Virus record (IMG/VR): IMGVR_UViG_3300015242_000024
Span: 4,780 to 68,779 of that record
Length of the DNA: 64,000 nucleotides
Origin: a virus
Strand: one strand, 5' to 3'
The notes under the pieces were generated by a model, which was given only the letters and a program-made list of their open reading frames with translations, had not been told where the DNA came from and made no database searches. Below are positions 57,937 to 64,000 of the stretch, one piece after another (the stretch's first letter is position 1; every line of letters starts with the position of its first letter). The position numbers were made by a program, and so were the translations under genes.

Positions 57937-58959
57937 GTGGCATTTGAAGATTTCATGTCAAAACTGGACCCTAAGACAGCCAAGCGTCTGAAGGTAGCTC
58001 AGGAGATTGAGCTTACGCGCTTTCCTTTGGCTAGCACGGGTCTAACTACAGCACTTGGTGGCGGTATCGGTGCTGGTAGAATTACGCTGGTCTATGGAAA
58101 TACCAGCAGTGGAAAGTCCGTCCTGATGATGCAGACCATTGGTTTGCTACAGAAGCAGGGCAAGGTTTGTGCTTGGGTAGACGTTGAAGGTACGTATGAA
58201 AAAACCTTTGGTGCCAAGTTGGGAATTAACAATGATGAGCTAATTCTTATCCAGAAGAGGTCTTTTGGTGCTATCACTGATAGCATTCTTCCGCTGATTC
58301 GGGCGGGTGTGGATATGATTGTCATCGATTCTATTAGTGATGCTCTACCAGAAGTCTTTGTAGACAGTGGTGGAGAGGCAGTAGAGTTTGATAAGATGAA
58401 GCAGCTTGGTGCTCATGCCAAGTCTTGTACAATGATGGTTAACGCCATTCACTATGAGAATGAAGAGACAGCAGTTGTTTTGATTTCTCAGACCACAACA
58501 AAGATTGAGTCAACCTACGTAAAGCAGGTTCCTCATGGTGGTCAGAAGGTACCGTTTGCCTCATCTCAGATTATCAAGTTGACTTCCTCAAATACAGAGA
58601 AGCAACAGAAGATGGGTAATACGTACATTGGTGACCTCATTATTCAGGCTCCAATTGGTCGCTCCGTAGAGTATTATGTAGAAAAGAACAAGATGGGTCC
58701 TCAGTCCCGAAAGGGTGAGTACGACCTTTTCTATGCAGGTGACTTTGTGGGTATTGATTCTGTTGGTGAAGTTCTTGACTCAGCAGAAAAGTACGGTGTT
58801 GTCAGGAAGTCTGGTGCATGGTACTATGTTGAGGATGAGAAGTTTCAGGGACGAGACACGACAGTTGCGGCTCTCCGTGAAAATGATATTCTCCTAAAGA
58901 CAATTACAGAGAAGGTGAATCTCGTCCTAACCGGCGAACTACCTGATGACGAAGTTTAG
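57937..58959 (+). CDS. recA: RecA-like recombinase
   Basis: GNTSSGKS, VIDSI, GGQKV.F, KNK..P, KSGAWY. Confidence 0.88.
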   Translation: MAFEDFMSKLDPKTAKRLKVAQEIELTRFPLASTGLTTALGGGIGAGRITLVYGNTSSGKSVLMMQTIGLLQKQGKVCAWVDVEGTYEKTFGAKLGINNDELILIQKRSFGAITDSILPLIRAGVDMIVIDSISDALPEVFVDSGGEAVEFDKMKQLGAHAKSCTMMVNAIHYENEETAVVLISQTTTKIESTYVKQVPHGGQKVPFASSQIIKLTSSNTEKQQKMGNTYIGDLIIQAPIGRSVEYYVEKNKMGPQSRKGEYDLFYAGDFVGIDSVGEVLDSAEKYGVVRKSGAWYYVEDEKFQGRDTTVAALRENDILLKTITEKVNLVLTGELPDDEV

Positions 58960-59140
58960 TGATTTCGTTGCACAAACTCAGGAGGCTGAGACACCCAGAG
59001 GTATGCCTGTCGATGGTGCCTTTGGGTGTCAGACCTGTCATGAGCAGTGTGACGATGCAGAGTATTTCAGAGTAGAAAAGATTCTACGATGGAAGTGTTC
59101 AGAAGGACATGTCTCATACATTGAAGACTTTGTTCTCTGA
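58946..59140 (+). CDS. zinc-binding hypothetical protein
   Basis: CQTC...CSEGH. Confidence 0.7.
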   Translation: MTKFSDFVAQTQEAETPRGMPVDGAFGCQTCHEQCDDAEYFRVEKILRWKCSEGHVSYIEDFVL

Positions 59141-59153
59141 AATCGAGAATGAC

Positions 59154-59255
59154 GTGAGCCTATTTCTAGGCGGTATGCTTATTGGGGTGGCTATGGGAAT
59201 CATGGTCACCCTTATTTGCGTTACAGCTTATATCAGTAAGGATAAAGATGTCTGA
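59154..59255 (+). CDS. small membrane protein (33 aa)
   Basis: MSLFLGGMLIGVAMGIMVTLICVTAYISKDKDV. Confidence 0.45.
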   Translation: MSLFLGGMLIGVAMGIMVTLICVTAYISKDKDV

Positions 59256-59565
59256 AGCAGATGAGATTAAGCGAGATGGAGCAACGCCGGTAAAGAATTC
59301 CGGGCGCTCTAAGGGTATTGCCAAGGGCGATGCTATCCTTGAGCCGTTCCTTATTGATTATAAGGAATACAATAAAACGTTTGGTGTAAGCAAGGATTTC
59401 TGGGCTAAGATTTCCAGTGATGCAATCAATAATGGTCGTCGTATGCCTGCACTTAAGCTGGTAATTCGAGATGACGATAATCCTGGACCTGCCACCAGAC
59501 TTTGGGTAATTGGCGATTCTATGTTCCATGAAATGTTGGAAGCGTGGAAGGAAAAATATGAGTAA
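59248..59565 (+). CDS. Holliday junction resolvase-like PD-(D/E)XK nuclease
   Basis: NSG..KGD...IDYK. Confidence 0.7.
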   Translation: MSEADEIKRDGATPVKNSGRSKGIAKGDAILEPFLIDYKEYNKTFGVSKDFWAKISSDAINNGRRMPALKLVIRDDDNPGPATRLWVIGDSMFHEMLEAWKEKYE

Positions 59566-59938
59566 GTATTTCGTCCAGGCTGAGGATGGAGTTGGGCCGG
59601 GTGGTGATGTTATCTTCAGAAATGGTCATCCAGAATATAACTGGTATGACGTCTATCTTGATGATACGAAGATAGGCAAGGTAATGGAAACTGGTCACGG
59701 AAGCCGTCGTAGATGGACTGGCCTTTCTTACGCACAGGACAGCGAATTCTTCAAAACGAGAATGCTTGAGGGGTTCGCAACTCGATGGGACGCAGCAGTC
59801 TTTGTATTCAAGCATCATGGATATTGGATGCATACTGAACGTAGACACATTGAGGACGGAGTCCGTTTTGAGAAGAGGTTTGCTCAAAACAGGATGAAGA
59901 AGGCTTATGAAATTATGAAGGGAATTGAAGACATTTGA
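59558..59938 (+). CDS. hypothetical protein
   Basis: Coupled ORF. Confidence 0.65.
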   Translation: MSKYFVQAEDGVGPGGDVIFRNGHPEYNWYDVYLDDTKIGKVMETGHGSRRRWTGLSYAQDSEFFKTRMLEGFATRWDAAVFVFKHHGYWMHTERRHIEDGVRFEKRFAQNRMKKAYEIMKGIEDI

Positions 59939-60336
59939 GGTACAGAGCAAAGCCGGTAGAGACTGAGGCAATTCAGTTCACTGGAGAAAACTGGGATGAT
60001 GTAAGAAAGTTTTCGGGAACGCATTGGATTGATATCGATGTGTTTATGGAAAATTTTCTTCACGCTGAAGAAATGTGGACAGATATTCCAGACGGTATTG
60101 TTGGCATTGTTTGGGTTGAACCTAGTAAGCAATGGGCTGGTGTAAAGATTGGTGACTACATCGTTCAAGACCTTGAGGGTGATGTGTACCCTTGTGAGAG
60201 GACTATCTTTGAGCGAAAGTATGAGCCTGCTGAAATTACGGTGGAGGTTGAGCTTGGAGATGGTGTTATAACGGCAGAGCAAATTAACAGGGCCGTTGGA
60301 CACAGCATTCAGCAGAGCAGGAGGTTCCAGGGTTGA
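59935..60336 (+). CDS. conserved phage protein
   Basis: YRAKPVETEAIQFTG...GDYIV...YPC...FERKYE. Confidence 0.75.
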   Translation: MRYRAKPVETEAIQFTGENWDDVRKFSGTHWIDIDVFMENFLHAEEMWTDIPDGIVGIVWVEPSKQWAGVKIGDYIVQDLEGDVYPCERTIFERKYEPAEITVEVELGDGVITAEQINRAVGHSIQQSRRFQG

Positions 60337-60662
60337 ACGATGAAAACCCACTGGAGACAGTATCAACCATCACAGAGTTCAATGACCTGACAGATTTTAT
60401 GAAGGACCCTGAGTTGGATAGGGCACTACACCTTGCAATTAGATGTATTGCTGACCCCGATATTGCTGCGGTGAAGGCTCCGAGACTCATTGTGGAGCTT
60501 CAGGCAATTTCATTCAAGTTCGCTGTAAAGGCTGTTGAATACGCTACCATCAAAAAGGACCGTGCTGGGACGACAAACAATCATCGAAAGAACGTTTATT
60601 ATTCAACCAAGGAAGCACTCGACAGACTTGTGGATGCATTGAAGTACGCTGCAAGAGCCTAA
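60333..60662 (+). CDS. hypothetical helical protein
   Basis: 109 aa coupled ORF. Confidence 0.7.
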   Translation: MNDENPLETVSTITEFNDLTDFMKDPELDRALHLAIRCIADPDIAAVKAPRLIVELQAISFKFAVKAVEYATIKKDRAGTTNNHRKNVYYSTKEALDRLVDALKYAARA

Positions 60663-60718
60663 ACTAGTCAACCACAAAGTTCAGTGTTATAATGGTTATA
60701 CAATAAACGAAACTAAGG

Positions 60719-61507
60719 ATGAAATTGACAAGAGATATTGTGCAGGGTCTGAAGTTTCGTAAGCAGCCCAAGGGTTTCGATGCTAATAAACTGGCTGAAA
60801 CTCTTGAGGCTGCTTATATGCAGCAGCGCAGACCCGACAAGCACACACAGAAGAAGACCTTTTCCCCAAGCACTATTGGTTATGGGCATGGAACGTGTCC
60901 GCGATATTGGTTCCTCGCTTTTACTGGTGGACCTTATATTGATACAGTAGATGCCTTGGGAATTGCTAACATGGCTAATGGTACTCAGGCGCACGAGCGC
61001 ATTGAGGCACTTTTTGATGCCTCTGGAATCCGACTCGGAAACGAAATTGAGATTCTTCATTCCGACCCGCCAATTCGCGGGTTTGCTGACGTTGAAATCA
61101 TGTGGGACGGAGAAGAGGTAATTGGTGAGGTAAAGACAACTCGCCAGGAAGCCTTCCTTGTTCGTCAGTCAACTATGAAGCCAAGCCCCAATCACCTATT
61201 CCAGATTCTTACGTATATGAAGGTTCGTAATCGCAATCTGGGCTTTTTGCTGTACGAGAATAAGAACTCTCAGGAATTTCTTATCATTCCTATTGAGATG
61301 AACGAAACTAATGAAGGCATCATTAATAAGGCATGGGATTGGATGCGAACTGTCTATAAGTCCTATGAGGATGGGGAGGCTCCAAATATTCCATTCAGGT
61401 CTAATAGTAAGATTTGCAAGGCTTGCCCGTTTAAGAAGTGGTGCTGGAGTGAAGACTCTCCATCTGGAGTAGTAGATATTCCTGCAATGGAGGTTCCAAA
61501 GATTTGA
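60719..61507 (+). CDS. Cas4-like/RecB-family exonuclease
   Basis: CPR...G..H...GFAD..EVKT..Q..Y...CKACPFKKWC. Confidence 0.85.
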   Translation: MKLTRDIVQGLKFRKQPKGFDANKLAETLEAAYMQQRRPDKHTQKKTFSPSTIGYGHGTCPRYWFLAFTGGPYIDTVDALGIANMANGTQAHERIEALFDASGIRLGNEIEILHSDPPIRGFADVEIMWDGEEVIGEVKTTRQEAFLVRQSTMKPSPNHLFQILTYMKVRNRNLGFLLYENKNSQEFLIIPIEMNETNEGIINKAWDWMRTVYKSYEDGEAPNIPFRSNSKICKACPFKKWCWSEDSPSGVVDIPAMEVPKI

Positions 61508-61788
61508 GAACATGTGCATACGCTGAGTGTGGCCAAGAATTTGAGGCCAAGACTCACAACCAGAGATATTGCTCGGACGAATGCTGTCGTAAGGCAACTA
61601 ACGCCCGGCTAATGGAACAATACTACGAAAAGAAGGCCAGAAGGCAGGGCCACATTCGTGTATGCAACACTCCCGACTGCAATACTCGTCTGAATAGATA
61701 CAATGACAGTAATGTGTGTGGGAAGTGTGAAGCAACTCGAAAGAACGAAGAGCGAGTAGAGTTGCTATTCAAATTCGCGGGAATTTAA
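61504..61788 (+). CDS. Cys-rich zinc-finger protein
   Basis: CAYAEC..YCSDEC..C..C. Confidence 0.7.
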   Translation: MRTCAYAECGQEFEAKTHNQRYCSDECCRKATNARLMEQYYEKKARRQGHIRVCNTPDCNTRLNRYNDSNVCGKCEATRKNEERVELLFKFAGI

Positions 61789-61790
61789 AA

Positions 61791-62378
61791 TTGTCACTAG
61801 CAAATCTAACTAAGGCTAAGGCGAGTAGGGTCATGGGTATTGACTGTTCGACCCACTCGCTCGCATTCACAATCTTCTTCAACCGTAGACCAATCCAGTG
61901 GGGGAAGATTGAGTTTGAGGGTTCAGACGTTTTCGAAAGACTTGAAGACGCTGCCAACAAATTGCGGGCTGTAAAAGATAGTTTCGACGTTGATTACATT
62001 GCATTCGAAGGAGCAATCCTAGCTAAGACAAAGAATGCTGATGTAACCATTAAGTTGGCTATGGTCTACGGAGCCTGTATTGCAGAGCTTATGAGGAAAA
62101 ATGTCAAGGTAGTGACCGTCAAGCCTTTGTCCTGGCAGTCATACATTGGTAACCCAAACTTCAAACTGGCTGAGAAGAACGCCTTGAAGTTGCAATATCC
62201 TGGTAAGTCTGTTTCTTGGTATTCAACCAAGGTTCGCGAGATTCGTAAGCAGAGAACAATGGACTACTTCAATAAGAAGTGGCCACATATGGAACTCACC
62301 GATAATGATGTTGGTGATTCTGCGGGAATCGCGTACTATGCCTACTACATGCTGACCACTCGTGGTACAGTAGATTGA
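61791..62378 (+). CDS. RuvC-like resolvase
   Basis: MGIDCST, FE, DVGDS. Confidence 0.8.
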   Translation: MSLANLTKAKASRVMGIDCSTHSLAFTIFFNRRPIQWGKIEFEGSDVFERLEDAANKLRAVKDSFDVDYIAFEGAILAKTKNADVTIKLAMVYGACIAELMRKNVKVVTVKPLSWQSYIGNPNFKLAEKNALKLQYPGKSVSWYSTKVREIRKQRTMDYFNKKWPHMELTDNDVGDSAGIAYYAYYMLTTRGTVD

Positions 62379-62411
62379 GGCGCAAGGGCTTCGGCCCAAG
62401 CTGGAGGTAAT

Positions 62412-62900
62412 ATGTGGGTTGGAATTACGGGGCATCGTCCCGAACGACTTGAAGATAACGAAGATGCAGTTAAGGAGCTGGTCTCTGAAGCCCTTCTACA
62501 TTTTGGAGCTACCAGACTTTTTCAGGGCATGGCTGCTGGTGTTGACCTGTGGTCTGCCAAGGAGGCATGGAAGCTCAAGATTCCGTACACGGCTTGTAAG
62601 CCTTGGGCTGGTCATAATCCACGAGTTGGTGATATGATTGAATACACAAAGGTCATCAGACATGCTGATGAGATTGTAGATGTATCACCGAATTTCGATT
62701 ATCCAGGACCGTGGGTTTATGGTAAGAGAAATGAATTCATTGTGGACAATGCCAGGGCGATGATTGCAGTTTGGGATGGAAAGCCTTATGGTGGAACATA
62801 TAACTGCATTGAGTACGCATGGAAGAAGTCTATTCCCGTTCTGAGAATTGACCCTGAAGAAAGGACTATTGGCTATGTCAGTGAAGAAGTACCTTTCTAA
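62412..62900 (+). CDS. SLOG/YspA-like (DUF1273-like) protein
   Basis: GITGHRP, GMAAGVD, RNEFIVD, AVWDG..GGT. Confidence 0.8.
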   Translation: MWVGITGHRPERLEDNEDAVKELVSEALLHFGATRLFQGMAAGVDLWSAKEAWKLKIPYTACKPWAGHNPRVGDMIEYTKVIRHADEIVDVSPNFDYPGPWVYGKRNEFIVDNARAMIAVWDGKPYGGTYNCIEYAWKKSIPVLRIDPEERTIGYVSEEVPF

Positions 62901-63027
62901 GGATTGGCTCAGGCGACGATTTCTGATTGATGACAAATCAATTGATGAAATTGCTAAAGAATGTAATGTCCAGCCAATGACAATTCGTCGTCAGCTAAAG
63001 ACATTTGAATTGATTAAGAAAAGGTAA
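62875..63027 (+). CDS. small helix-turn-helix protein
   Basis: KSIDEIAKECNVQPMTIRRQL. Confidence 0.65.
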   Translation: MSVKKYLSKDWLRRRFLIDDKSIDEIAKECNVQPMTIRRQLKTFELIKKR

Positions 63028-63651
63028 ATGGAATACACAATTTTCAATGTTGACAGTTCTCGTCAACATTATATCGATATGATGAAACCTAAGTTGTCGG
63101 GTTGGGACAATCTGAATGTCTATTCTGTAGACGGCCGGATTCCAGAAACACTCAAGGTGTATCGTAAGAAGTATCCCTATGCAATTAACTATGAAGCTAG
63201 GGCCGGACAGCTAGGTATTTGGTATAGTGTCCTGAATGCACTTCAGGATGCTCCTATCGTCACTTTTGAGGACGATGCTCTGCTACACGACAACTTCAAA
63301 CGGGAGTTTGATGCTCGTGTTAACGAGTTGCCTGAGGATTTTGATTTCTTCTCACTCTTTGTCCCAAGAGACAGTGACCATCTATACACGACTGAGAAGT
63401 CTGCTGGATGGTTTGTTTGTAAAACTTACCAGAGATACGGCGGGGTTTCTATGTACTACTCAAAGAAGGGTGCAGAGAAAATTCAGGGCCTCCTTGAGAG
63501 AGATGGAATCACTGGACAGTATGACGATACTCTATATGAATATTCAAAGAATGGTGAGCTAAACGGATATTGTTCTAAGCCATCCATTCAAGACCTCGTG
63601 TATATTACAGGGGCAGAAGAAAGCATTGTACAAGAAACGGATTATGTATGA
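63028..63651 (+). CDS. glycosyltransferase, GT25-like
   Basis: IFNVDSSR, VDG, TFEDDA, YYSKKGAEK. Confidence 0.7.
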   Translation: MEYTIFNVDSSRQHYIDMMKPKLSGWDNLNVYSVDGRIPETLKVYRKKYPYAINYEARAGQLGIWYSVLNALQDAPIVTFEDDALLHDNFKREFDARVNELPEDFDFFSLFVPRDSDHLYTTEKSAGWFVCKTYQRYGGVSMYYSKKGAEKIQGLLERDGITGQYDDTLYEYSKNGELNGYCSKPSIQDLVYITGAEESIVQETDYV

Positions 63652-64000
63652 AGATGCTAGTAATTGTGCCTACCCGTGGTAGGCCAGAAAATATTGTTCG
63701 CCTAGAGCAGGCGATGCTTGACACGAAGGTAGACATTGATGTAGTCTACTGCGTAGACGACGATGACCCAATGCTTCCCGAGTATGTCAAGACTGGCATT
63801 CCTCTTGTATGTGGTCCACGTTTGCGCCTTGTAGGAACTCTGAATCTGATTGCTGGACACTACGCTCCAAACTATGATATCGTTGGGTTCCTCGGTGATG
63901 ATGTTCTTCCCAAGACTGATGGATGGGATGACATCATTCGAGACAACTTCAAGACAAATATGGTAGCCTATGGAAACGATGGGCACCAGGGCGAGGGTCT
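63648..64000 (+). CDS. glycosyltransferase, GT-A/GT2-like, 3'-truncated
   Basis: IVPTRGRP, VDDDD, FLGDDV. Confidence 0.75.
   Translation, partial: MKMLVIVPTRGRPENIVRLEQAMLDTKVDIDVVYCVDDDDPMLPEYVKTGIPLVCGPRLRLVGTLNLIAGHYAPNYDIVGFLGDDVLPKTDGWDDIIRDNFKTNMVAYGNDGHQGEG

Noticed and set aside
60719-61507. Possible CRISPR-Cas system
   Set aside because: Solo Cas4-like nuclease, common in phages; no cas1/cas2 and no repeat-spacer array seen.
1-64000. Prophage or temperate lifestyle
   Set aside because: No integrase, repressor, partition genes or host flanks in this window; the rest of the genome is not visible.

Overview
This window is a gene-dense part of a large, apparently lytic siphovirus genome, most likely infecting Streptomyces. 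The gene order resembles the BE/BK-type Stanwilliamsviridae (inferred, not searched). It has four blocks. (i) 1-4.9 kb: higher-GC, + strand block of small orphan, probably early genes. (ii) 5.1-9.3 kb: minus-strand block with a short C5 DNA methyltransferase, ThyX, three tRNA-Thr genes, a tRNA-like element and a secreted Rpf-like transglycosylase. (iii) 9.4-48.6 kb: two GT4 glycosyltransferases, a class II ribonucleotide reductase, endolysin, and the head, tail, tape-measure and fibre module through to a holin. (iv) 48.6-64 kb: DnaB, primase, SSB, DnaE, MazG, RecA, resolvases, a Cas4-like nuclease and two more glycosyltransferases. I saw no terminase, integrase, CRISPR array, intein or intron. 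The most novel signals are non-coding or recoding: a repeated two-hairpin RNA element with conserved loops before early genes; a Val-UGA-Val in-frame stop inside the metallophosphoesterase (candidate ribosomal stop-hop); a transcription-oriented GGCGGGT motif; a free-standing structured small RNA; a probable AUA start for the tape measure; and a nested scaffold start. All counts are from manual reading.
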